A stretch of 64,000 nt of DNA from Bugula neritina (taxonomy: Eukaryota; Animalia; Bryozoa): the NCBI GenBank assembly GCA_964035545.1, contig OZ037765.1, positions 23,249,504 to 23,313,503 of the forward strand, given 5' to 3'. Made by a program: the position numbers and the translations under genes. The notes below the pieces were generated by a model, which saw nothing but the letters and a program-made list of their open reading frames with translations, searched no databases and was not told the DNA's origin. Every line of letters starts with the position of its first letter. The first letter of the stretch is position 1. Shown here piece after piece: positions 54,363-64,000 of the stretch.

Positions 54363-55106
54363 TGTAATTAATTGGAATGCCAGTGAAATTTCTTGCTCTC
54401 ATCAAAACAAACAAAGTTAACCAACGTGCCCATAATTAGAAAACCATTACATTAGTCATGTATATGTAGCTGTTTTGCTTTTATAGCTATGACAAATTGC
54501 ACACGAAAGTCAACAAGATTTCCTCATGTGTATGATTTCACTATGACTAAGTTATATAAATAGTTTTTTACACCATCAACTTCCTGAAATGATTCATCCA
54601 TTGAAGTATATTTTACTCTCAGCTCTCATTCTATGCTACACTTTCAGTCAGCTAACATGTAGCATAAACTGCTGAGTAACTTTTCACTTATGTTATATTA
54701 AATATTTTGTTGCATTTAAATCAATATTGTCAAAGTAGAGAATAAATACCTACTACATTAACATCAAAGTTATAAGCTCCATTCCTGGATGGTCTAACAA
54801 GGTAATTATTGCTATTGTAGTATTTTTGACAATCATTTATGGCATTTGTATTATCCTTTTTTTAATATCAATTTTAATAATTTAGATGGTGTATACTGAT
54901 TTTTATAGCAAGACTTGTTCTTTATTTGAAGCTTATTAGTTAGTGTCAAATTATCACTGATAAAAGTTTTATCACATATTATCATTCATTATAGCATATT
55001 CACAATTTCATTAATTGTAGTTTTCACGACAGTTTTACCAATAAAACATCAGTAGAGACTGAAGACCACATTGTGCCTGTTTACAAACCAGGGATGATAG
55101 TTTACA
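54363..55106 (+). repeat. 5' LTR
   Basis: Matches the 3' LTR with one mismatch seen (A54579/G62450). TATATAAA at 54553-60, AATAAA at 55040-45. Confidence 0.96.
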
Positions 55107-55817
55107 GTGAAAACTTGTGACTGGAGTAAACAGCTTGCTAATCCTACAACCAGTGGCTTGCGCTAACTTGAGACCAGCGAGACAAACAGCAGCTAGAAAA
55201 GACAACTGATCCAGCCTCAGCATTGTTAGATCAGTATAGCATCCATCAACTCTACTGCCAAGTCTCCAGCATTGTCAACAACAGCTACACTGCCAACCAC
55301 TATAGCAACCAGCACTCACACTCCTGTCATACATACAAGTTACAGCTAAGTAACCATTACTTCTAAGAATTCATTCACTGCTAATCACACAAATTAGCAG
55401 TATCAAACTCATTGGAATTCAGTAGAACGTTGCTAGCTTTGATCAAACATTACACAGAAACTACTTTTTATCACACAAGACTTGAATAAAAAATAATTTC
55501 TTTTCTGGGTATTGTAATATTGAAAATATTTGTCTTTTTGTAGTCATAGGAAATCATTTCCTTATACTCATTCTGTAAATCTGTTCTTTATATTATTTAT
55601 CACTAGACACTAGGTATCAAATTTACTTGTGTAATAGTGAAATCATACATATAGAGGCAGTCTTATACTGCAAGTAGGTGCAGTATTCATTATTCAAATT
55701 CAGCTACATATATTAGACAAATACTACTTAGTTTCGCATGCACTATTGCACAATCATACATTAGAAACTTTTTGAGAGCAATTAATTTCATTGGTTGGCA
55801 CTAGAATTCAGTAGCCT

Positions 55818-58800
55818 ATGAGTCATTATCATAGCACACGGCTGCGTGTTCAGCAACACTTAGAGCATATAAAAATATCATTAGAAATTATTAGTGAATT
55901 CCATTTGCTAGTAACTCGAGAATTGGCGGACAACATTACATTAATTCGCGCAAAAGAGCTGCGAAAACAGCTTCTAAACAATCAAACTGTACAAGAAGCC
56001 GAACAACATTTAACAGAAGCTCGCGGTTTAGGTATAAGTGAGGAGAAGCTGCGAAATATACTGCGTGAATTTGATCGTATTGCAGGCGATAGAAAAACTA
56101 TTTTAACAAAACTTGAGCATTGGCTTCATGCAATGGACGCCAATAGTTCTGACGGCGAAAATAGCACTTTCAAAATAGCAAAAGTTGATGTAAGATCTCG
56201 CGTGTTACCATCCATCCCTCCCTCAAATATTTCAAAAATTGTCAAATCGCATGCTAGTCATTCCTCGAGTAAGTCAAAAAATTCAGTTGAGTCGGAACGC
56301 GCTGGGCCTGCCAAATCCGTCAGCGTACATAGTTCTGATTATCAATCTAATCACTCCAAGTCAAAGAAATCTCATCATTCTAGTCACCATATTGGCAATT
56401 CCAGACATTCTGGAGCTAGTGACATATCCTCATCTCATGCACCTGATTCCGCTAGTGGTTCTTGGAAAACAAGAACTACTGGTACATCTAGATCTTCCAA
56501 ATCTAACGCATCATACTATAAAGCTCAATTAGCTAAATCTGCGGCTAAAGTTGCTGCTGCTGAAGCAAAGTTTCAAGCAGAGTGTGAAGCTCGGCAGGTT
56601 GAAGAGGAAATACAGCGTCTTGAGCTCAAGCACAAAGAGCAAATCCTCACTCGCAAAGGCCACATTGCCGAGCTGAAACTCAAAGCTGAAATCGATGCAG
56701 AGAAAGCTCAGCTCAATGCATTTCAGCAAGCCCTAGACGATGAGCTTGAAACTGAGCTTAGAGATACTCTCATGAGACCCCCTTCTAGAGCATCTCATAA
56801 CTCATCGAAGCCTTCACCATTTCTGCATTCTCCACATCATATTGACCTCTCAAATCAATTCCCATCAACTGAAGGTCAACCAGCTCACGATATAAAGCAG
56901 TCTTTAATGACTAAGGAGGAGTTGCCTCACCAAAGCCCAGGTATCCACAAAGATCCTTATGAACAATATCCACAAGTCAACTCAGCTGCTCATTTTCCCA
57001 CACACCAAAATACTCATCCCACACATACACACTTGCAATCACCTAACCCACTTACCAATCTGACCACTACAGATTTCTCTGCTGCTATAGGGAAGAGTAT
57101 AGGTGACTCAATGGCCGCCGCTATGACAATGCAAGCCAATCATCTTCCCACCCCTGACAAGTTTACTGGTGATCCGCTTGAGTACGCAGATTGGAAGCTG
57201 GCCTTTGATGGTTTGATTGGTTCTTGTCCATATACCGATTTACAGAAGCTCCATTTGTTGAGAGAGTATGTGGATGGCGATGCCAAGCAGGCTATAAGGG
57301 GCTATTTTTCATTGCAAAGTTCAAATGCGTATCAAGATGCATTACATGCTCTCGAAACTGAGTTTGGTTCGGAAGAGCTGATTGAAGAGCAGTTTCTAGA
57401 CCGACTAGAAGCATGGCCTAGAGTAACTGATGCCAAATCTCTCAAGAGTTACAGTTACTTCTTAAACCAATGTCTATCTGCCTCAAGGCAGATATCTGGT
57501 TTGAAAGTCCTGGACAGAAAACGGGAGAACAAAAAGCTAGCGAGTGTTCTGCCCAACAACCTTCAAGAACGATGGTTAAGACATGCCATTGCAGAGGAGG
57601 AAAAAAGAAAAGTGTTCCCTTCCTTTCATAAATTTGCAGACTTTGTAGCACATGAGGCTAAAATTTCTTGTAGCAATTTGAGAGAAAAATATAAAAGTGG
57701 GTCCAGTAAAACTGCATTCAAGCCAATCACCAAACAAAACAACAGCAAACACTCAATTACATTAAAATCTGAAACAACATTACCAACACCAATAGTTTCA
57801 AAAACTTCAGAATTAGTCAAAAATCAACAAAAACATGCTAATAAGTCACAACACACTGACAGCCAGTCAGCAAAACAACAAAACAGCCTGTCACTTGACC
57901 AAAAGCAGAGAAAAGAACCAGAATGTGCATACTGCCTCTCAAACAAAAAACCCAGATGGAAACACCACACTGCTCACTGCTGGAATTTAGCAAAACTTTC
58001 TGCTCAACAAGTAAATGACTTCCTTGCTAGCAACAGCTTATGTTTCAAATGTGCCGTAAGCGGTCACAGTTACAAAAACTGCAACATGAAACCAGTATGT
58101 GAGACATGTAAGCAAGCTCATCCCACAATATTTCACCAGAAATACACATCTCAACCCACAAAGCAAGCAGATGAAAGTAAAATGCAATGTTCAAACCAAA
58201 ATAAAGATAGCACAGTATGCAATAATCTTTCCATAAATACATCACAAACACTCATGTCTATGACTCTTCCTGTTTGGGTTTCTTCTGTCAAAGATCCACA
58301 TACAAAAGTATTAACATATGCCAACCTTGACTCAGGCAGCGACTCATGTTATATAACCAATTCTATTGTTGAACAACTCACATGCACCAAAAAACCAACT
58401 AAACTGCCAATGGCAACAATGACACACCAAAACTTTGAGCTAGATACAATGGTAACCGATGACCTAATCATCAAAGGATATAGCTGCAATAAGGAGGTGA
58501 AACTTCCTAATGTGTATTCTGCAGAAGAAATACCTGCTAAGTATGAGTCTATTCCACAGGCGGGTGCTCTTACCGCCTGGCCACATTTACAAGACTTGGC
58601 AAAAAACATGGTCAAGGGACAAAACATTTCAGTAGGTCTACTCATTGGAGGCAACTGCCCATTAGCCTTCAAACCTAGAGAGGTAGTAGTGGGAAACGAC
58701 GCAGACGATGAACCATTTGGCGTACGTACTGACCTAGGGTGGGTTATCATGGGTAGTCTAGCTACAAATAACACACATGATGACAATTCAGGCAGCAAAA

Positions 58801-61800
58801 CAACAATAGTCAATAAAACTGTAACTCATTCACCCAAGAAAGCTAAAACCACGGTATCTTTCAAATGCCAAACTGAAACATCAAAACAAATTAACAAAAT
58901 AATAAATATATTGGCTCAAGATTTCAAGGAATGTGTAACAGACAAAGAAGCGGCTTCTGTAGAAGACCGAGCATTTTTGTCTCTCATGAAACAAGAAACA
59001 AAGATCATTGATGATCATGTCACCATGCCTCTACCTTTCAAACACAAACCACCACGAAATAACAGTTTTAAAACAGCAAAAAACCGATTCAATTCACTAC
59101 TGAAAAAGTTCTCTAAGAATCAAAACTTGGAAAACCAGTACAAAAAGTTCATGGAAGACCTCATTAGCAAGGGTGAGGCTGAAATAGTTCCACAAGGCTT
59201 AGCTAGCCATGAGGACAGCACATGGTACATACCACATTTCGAGGTATGGCATCCAAAGAAGCCAGGCAAGATTAGAGTAGTCTTCGATGGTGCTGCAAAG
59301 ACAGATGGAAAGTGCATAAACGACTATCTCATGACAGGTCCAGATCATCTAAACAGTCTAACTGGTATCCTCCTTCGCTTCCGCCAGGAACAGATTGCTG
59401 TTACATGTGATATTGAGCGAATGTTTCACCAATTTCGTGTTGCAACGGAAGATACAGATTATCTCCGATTTTTCTGGCTAGATGAACGTGGTGAAATAGC
59501 AGTGTTCCGCATGAAAGTGCATGTGTTTGGAGCGACCTCGTCTCCTGCATGTGCAACATATGGCCTACGTTATCTGGCTGACCAATACAGCACAGATGAT
59601 CCATCAAGTCAACAAGCCCGAAACTTCATTAGAAATCAGTTCTATGTGGATGACGGCTTGCTTAGTATGCCTGACGCAACATCTGCAACAAAAGTACTTA
59701 CTGAGGCAATGAGAATTTGCCAACAAGGTAAAGTACACTTGCACAAGATTCTTTCTAACGAGAAAGAAGTATTAAATTCATTCCCCAAATCTGAACAATC
59801 TGCAACTCTGCATGATCTTGACCTAAACTCTGACTGTCTTCCAACTGAAAGAACTTTGGGATTGATCTGGAATTCTGAGCAAGATTCCTTTCAGTTTCAA
59901 GTTAATCTCGCTGATAAGCCCAACACTAGACGAGGTGTGCTCTCAAATGTAGCCTCGGTCTTTGATCCACTTGGCCTCATATCACCGGTTATACTGCAAG
60001 GTAAAATGGTTCTCCAAGATCTTTGCAGAAAACATTTAGACTGGGATGATCCTTTAGATGAAAGCATGCTGGCAAAATGGTTGCCATGGAAACAAAGCCT
60101 CAAAGATCTTGAACACCTATCAATTCCTAGAAACTACGTACCATCATCATTTGGAACACCTGCTAAGGTTGAGCTCCATACTTTTAGCGACGCGAGTACA
60201 ACGGGCTACGGCCAATGCTCCTACTTGCGATTTGTAAGCCCAGCCAAACGTGTGCATGTTGCTTTAATCTGTAGCAAAGGTCGTGTCACTCCGCTCAAAG
60301 CTATTACTGTTCCCAGATTGGAACTTCAAGCAGCACGTGGGGCTGTAGATTTAAGCCTCAAGGCAGCAGAAGAGCTAGGTATGGACAATGTAGCTCAGTA
60401 CTTTTATTCTGACTCAGAAGTAGTTCTTGGTTATATAAAGAACACACAGGCTAGATATCACACATTTGTTGCAAATCGAGTTCAGCAAATCTGTGACGGC
60501 TCCAATGCCGACAACTGGTTTCATGTCCCAACTAAACTCAACCCTGCAGATCATGCATCACGTGGGTTATCACCAAAGCAAATTTTCTCTCCTGAGTGCA
60601 TTTGGTTCACAGGACCAGACTTCTTGTGGAATGAACCTCTCATACTCCCTCATCAGAAAAAATTCATCAACTCACATGACGATCAAGAAGTGAAAGTTTC
60701 ATTAGCCACTCAACACATCCTTGCTCCTCTTAGTCAGCGTATAACCATTTTCTCTAACCTAGATTACACTCTTAAGGTTATTGCTAGAATCCAAACAGCA
60801 CTATGCAAAACCCCTCTCACTCAGCAAGAGAAACGCCAAAAAGCGTTACACTCTTTGGTCAAGTCAGTTCAATCAGAATTCTTCACTCCAGAAATCAAGC
60901 AACTCCAACAAACTCAGACTACATCTAAGCATAGCTCCATTGCAAAACTATGCCCATTTCTAGATAAGGTGGGTCTACTCAGGGTGGGAGGAAGGCTACA
61001 AAACAGTAAATTGCTATCATTCGAAGAAAAACATCCTTTACTCTTACCTAAGCATAGTCATCTCACTACGCTTATCATAAATGACACACATGCAAAACTA
61101 GGACACCTTGGCTTAGAGTATACTCTGTCTAAAATAAGATCACAGGGATTTTGGATCATCGGTGGTAAATCCACAATTTCATCAAAGCTACGTCTCTGTG
61201 TAACATGTAAAAGAATCAAAGCTAAACCCTTGACACCACAAATGGCAACATTACCATCAGTGAGAGTTAACGAAGCCCCTCCTTTCACCCACTGTGGATT
61301 AGATTGTTTCGGCCCTTTTATTGTCAAGGATGGTAGAAAGGAATCGAAACGATATGGCTTGATAGTCACATGTATGGCCTCACGAGCTGTTCACATTGAA
61401 CTTTTAGAGGACATGACTACTGACAGCTTTATAAACGCTATCAGGACTGTGGTAGCCATTAGGGGTCCAATTCAGACAATTCAATCAGACCAAGGTACCA
61501 ACTTCATTGGTGCCGCGAGTCTTCTACAAAGTGATGGGACCGACAGCAAACTTAAATCTATGAACATCACAATGAATTTCAACCCTCCTCACTCTAGCAA
61601 TTTTGGAGGAGTGTGGGAAAGGCAGATAAGGACTATCCGCTCTGTGCTACAAGGCCTTGGAACGAGACATGGTGGGAGGCTCTCTACCTCTTTGCTACGA
61701 ACTTTGTTTTATGAAGTGATGGCCATCATAAACTGTCGCCCATTAACCTCAACAACTGATGACATGCTTCCAATCACCCCAAACATGTTGTTGACTATGA

Positions 61801-62186
61801 AGTCTGACGTTGTTCTACCACCTCCAAGCACATTTGAGGAGGCAGACATATATGCGAGGAAGCGTTGGAGAGTGGTCCAGCAGTTGGCAAATGAATTTTG
61901 GACACGCTGGCGCAAGCAATACTTGCTTTATTTACAGTCGCGGCAAAAATGGGTAAATAAAGTACCAGAGATCAAGGTGGGGGATATCGTTCTACTGTGT
62001 GATGACAATACAGTAAGAAATCAGTGGCCTTTAGCACGTGTCGTAGAATGCAACCTGTCTCATGACAGCGTTGTTAGATCAGTTAAGGTGCTTGTTGGTA
62101 GTAAAACATACCCCAAAGACTCCAATAAAAGAGTCTATTTAATTCGACCAATATCAAAATTAGTTGTACTAGTCCGATCGAGCTAA
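55818..62186 (+). CDS. BEL/Pao Gag-Pol polyprotein (2122 aa)
   Basis: Gag (PDKFTGDPLEYADW), three Cys/His knuckles (CFKCAVSGHSYKNC), protease LDSGS, RT (KIRVVFDGAA, FYVDD), Pao RNase H (LHTFSDAS), integrase HHCC and D-D-E (GLDCFGP, SDQGTNF, WERQIR). Order is PR-RT-RH-IN. Confidence 0.97.
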   Translation: MSHYHSTRLRVQQHLEHIKISLEIISEFHLLVTRELADNITLIRAKELRKQLLNNQTVQEAEQHLTEARGLGISEEKLRNILREFDRIAGDRKTILTKLEHWLHAMDANSSDGENSTFKIAKVDVRSRVLPSIPPSNISKIVKSHASHSSSKSKNSVESERAGPAKSVSVHSSDYQSNHSKSKKSHHSSHHIGNSRHSGASDISSSHAPDSASGSWKTRTTGTSRSSKSNASYYKAQLAKSAAKVAAAEAKFQAECEARQVEEEIQRLELKHKEQILTRKGHIAELKLKAEIDAEKAQLNAFQQALDDELETELRDTLMRPPSRASHNSSKPSPFLHSPHHIDLSNQFPSTEGQPAHDIKQSLMTKEELPHQSPGIHKDPYEQYPQVNSAAHFPTHQNTHPTHTHLQSPNPLTNLTTTDFSAAIGKSIGDSMAAAMTMQANHLPTPDKFTGDPLEYADWKLAFDGLIGSCPYTDLQKLHLLREYVDGDAKQAIRGYFSLQSSNAYQDALHALETEFGSEELIEEQFLDRLEAWPRVTDAKSLKSYSYFLNQCLSASRQISGLKVLDRKRENKKLASVLPNNLQERWLRHAIAEEEKRKVFPSFHKFADFVAHEAKISCSNLREKYKSGSSKTAFKPITKQNNSKHSITLKSETTLPTPIVSKTSELVKNQQKHANKSQHTDSQSAKQQNSLSLDQKQRKEPECAYCLSNKKPRWKHHTAHCWNLAKLSAQQVNDFLASNSLCFKCAVSGHSYKNCNMKPVCETCKQAHPTIFHQKYTSQPTKQADESKMQCSNQNKDSTVCNNLSINTSQTLMSMTLPVWVSSVKDPHTKVLTYANLDSGSDSCYITNSIVEQLTCTKKPTKLPMATMTHQNFELDTMVTDDLIIKGYSCNKEVKLPNVYSAEEIPAKYESIPQAGALTAWPHLQDLAKNMVKGQNISVGLLIGGNCPLAFKPREVVVGNDADDEPFGVRTDLGWVIMGSLATNNTHDDNSGSKTTIVNKTVTHSPKKAKTTVSFKCQTETSKQINKIINILAQDFKECVTDKEAASVEDRAFLSLMKQETKIIDDHVTMPLPFKHKPPRNNSFKTAKNRFNSLLKKFSKNQNLENQYKKFMEDLISKGEAEIVPQGLASHEDSTWYIPHFEVWHPKKPGKIRVVFDGAAKTDGKCINDYLMTGPDHLNSLTGILLRFRQEQIAVTCDIERMFHQFRVATEDTDYLRFFWLDERGEIAVFRMKVHVFGATSSPACATYGLRYLADQYSTDDPSSQQARNFIRNQFYVDDGLLSMPDATSATKVLTEAMRICQQGKVHLHKILSNEKEVLNSFPKSEQSATLHDLDLNSDCLPTERTLGLIWNSEQDSFQFQVNLADKPNTRRGVLSNVASVFDPLGLISPVILQGKMVLQDLCRKHLDWDDPLDESMLAKWLPWKQSLKDLEHLSIPRNYVPSSFGTPAKVELHTFSDASTTGYGQCSYLRFVSPAKRVHVALICSKGRVTPLKAITVPRLELQAARGAVDLSLKAAEELGMDNVAQYFYSDSEVVLGYIKNTQARYHTFVANRVQQICDGSNADNWFHVPTKLNPADHASRGLSPKQIFSPECIWFTGPDFLWNEPLILPHQKKFINSHDDQEVKVSLATQHILAPLSQRITIFSNLDYTLKVIARIQTALCKTPLTQQEKRQKALHSLVKSVQSEFFTPEIKQLQQTQTTSKHSSIAKLCPFLDKVGLLRVGGRLQNSKLLSFEEKHPLLLPKHSHLTTLIINDTHAKLGHLGLEYTLSKIRSQGFWIIGGKSTISSKLRLCVTCKRIKAKPLTPQMATLPSVRVNEAPPFTHCGLDCFGPFIVKDGRKESKRYGLIVTCMASRAVHIELLEDMTTDSFINAIRTVVAIRGPIQTIQSDQGTNFIGAASLLQSDGTDSKLKSMNITMNFNPPHSSNFGGVWERQIRTIRSVLQGLGTRHGGRLSTSLLRTLFYEVMAIINCRPLTSTTDDMLPITPNMLLTMKSDVVLPPPSTFEEADIYARKRWRVVQQLANEFWTRWRKQYLLYLQSRQKWVNKVPEIKVGDIVLLCDDNTVRNQWPLARVVECNLSHDSVVRSVKVLVGSKTYPKDSNKRVYLIRPISKLVVLVRSS

Positions 62187-62233
62187 ACATACATTCAAAA
62201 TTACAAGTCACTTTTAGAAATTTCAGGTGGGAG

Positions 62234-62977
62234 TGTAATTAATTGGAATGCCAGTGAAATTTCTTGCTCTCATCAAAACAAACAAAGTTAACCAACGTGC
62301 CCATAATTAGAAAACCATTACATTAGTCATGTATATGTAGCTGTTTTGCTTTTATAGCTATGACAAATTGCACACGAAAGTCAACAAGATTTCCTCATGT
62401 GTATGATTTCACTATGACTAAGTTATATAAATAGTTTTTTACACCATCAGCTTCCTGAAATGATTCATCCATTGAAGTATATTTTACTCTCAGCTCTCAT
62501 TCTATGCTACACTTTCAGTCAGCTAACATGTAGCATAAACTGCTGAGTAACTTTTCACTTATGTTATATTAAATATTTTGTTGCATTTAAATCAATATTG
62601 TCAAAGTAGAGAATAAATACCTACTACATTAACATCAAAGTTATAAGCTCCATTCCTGGATGGTCTAACAAGGTAATTATTGCTATTGTAGTATTTTTGA
62701 CAATCATTTATGGCATTTGTATTATCCTTTTTTTAATATCAATTTTAATAATTTAGATGGTGTATACTGATTTTTATAGCAAGACTTGTTCTTTATTTGA
62801 AGCTTATTAGTTAGTGTCAAATTATCACTGATAAAAGTTTTATCACATATTATCATTCATTATAGCATATTCACAATTTCATTAATTGTAGTTTTCACGA
62901 CAGTTTTACCAATAAAACATCAGTAGAGACTGAAGACCACATTGTGCCTGTTTACAAACCAGGGATGATAGTTTACA
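62234..62977 (+). repeat. 3' LTR
   Basis: Direct repeat of 54363-55106. Confidence 0.96.
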
Positions 62978-63611
62978 CTTTTTGCAAAATTTTCAGCTTA
63001 TATAAGTTTTCTATTTGAAGAATGTTAGCTTTTTTAAAGAGAGGGGCTGTGTGATGCATAAAATCTTTTTTAAAAATATACCGTAAAATTCTATTTTGTA
63101 ATAGTAAAATTTTGTTGAGCGCAGTTTCTGAGGCATTACCCCATGAGTCCAGACAGTAACTTAATTTTGAATTAATTAGTGAGTTATATAAAATTATTAA
63201 AATCTCAGCAGATAAAAATTTCGAACATCGATATAGTAGACCAGATAACGGTCGTATTTGTAGTATTAAGTTATTTATATGATCATTCCAGTTCAAATGT
63301 GGGTCAATGTAGGCTATATCCCAAGGAATTTGATGGTATCTGCTTGAGTAATGAAAATGTTATTTAGTAAGATTTTATTAGTTTGTAAGGAAATTTTATT
63401 CTGAGGGTTTTTTAGCACAATGTATTTTGTTTTTGATATATTTATGGTTAATTTATTAGCTACACACCATTTATAAAACGATAGAAGATCTTTATTTATC
63501 CGGGGTATTATATTATTTAAGTCATTTGATTCGATAAAGAGATTAGTATCATCAGCATAGAGATAGGAGGTTAGATATTTTAAACTTTTGCTCATGTCAT
63601 TTACATAAATG
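62978..63611 (-). mobile_element. 5'-truncated CR1/L2-type LINE RT fragment
   Basis: IYVNDM...LYADDT...W..ANKLTINISKTK...IKFLGI...LYNSLINSKLSYC..WG, interrupted just after IKFLGI. Confidence 0.88.
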
Positions 63612-64000
63612 TGGTGGACGTATTAGTTAACAACCATGATAGCAATCTTATTAAGCATGATATGCTATTTAGTGTTTGCTATTTTGACAATTTTATTTGG
63701 AGTGCTTCTACTGTTATAATATACCAGTACATTATATGTTATTTATTACTTGTCACTTGTCATACATTACCAATTATAGGCATTGCACTTAAAACAATAT
63801 AATTTTTAGGGCAAATTATAGATGATAGACATGGTGGTACACAATCTAAATGCATGGACACAATTTATATAACTTTTTGGAATGTGGTGAACAACTGAAA
63901 TACATTTTATAAATCAACATATTCACTAGCTCATTTGGTTTGTGATTAAGTCAGTTAAACATAATACTTTTGCATAAAGTCAGTAAAACACAGGGCTTAT

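Larger units (their letters stand above)
54363..62977 (+). mobile_element. Full-length BEL/Pao LTR retrotransposon
   Basis: 744-bp TG...CA LTRs (54363-55106 and 62234-62977) with a 5-bp TSD CTTTT. Purine-rich tract aggtgggag before the 3' LTR; single intact ORF. Confidence 0.97.

Noticed and set aside
56239-61915. Short alternative-frame and antisense ORFs within the BEL polyprotein
   Set aside because: Shadow ORFs of a long coding region; none has recognisable motifs and no env-like ORF is present.

Overview
AT-rich, intron-containing animal (invertebrate) genomic DNA; the taxon cannot be fixed from sequence alone. The left 19 kb holds three housekeeping genes: the 3' half of an MTMR9-like pseudophosphatase (+), a complete SENP1/Ulp1-type SUMO protease (+) and a vasculin/GPBP1-like gene (-). 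From about 19 kb onward the window is accessory. It contains a hAT relic, an Academ (XPG-type) relic with a nested MITE, and Penelope-like elements with hammerhead-ribozyme motifs. It also has a rearranged cluster of secreted fibrinogen-related (FReD) genes (one intact, two pseudogenes, one fragment), an orphan pseudogene-like locus and a ~520-bp inverted duplication. At the right end, a young intact BEL/Pao LTR retrotransposon is inserted in a CR1/L2-type LINE. Most notable: the BEL element has no tRNA primer-binding site. The bases right after its 5' LTR are instead complementary to the LTR itself (9 bp), and this becomes a perfect 12 bp if a GT-AG intron in the LTR is spliced, suggesting splicing-assisted self-priming. 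All alignments were done by eye.
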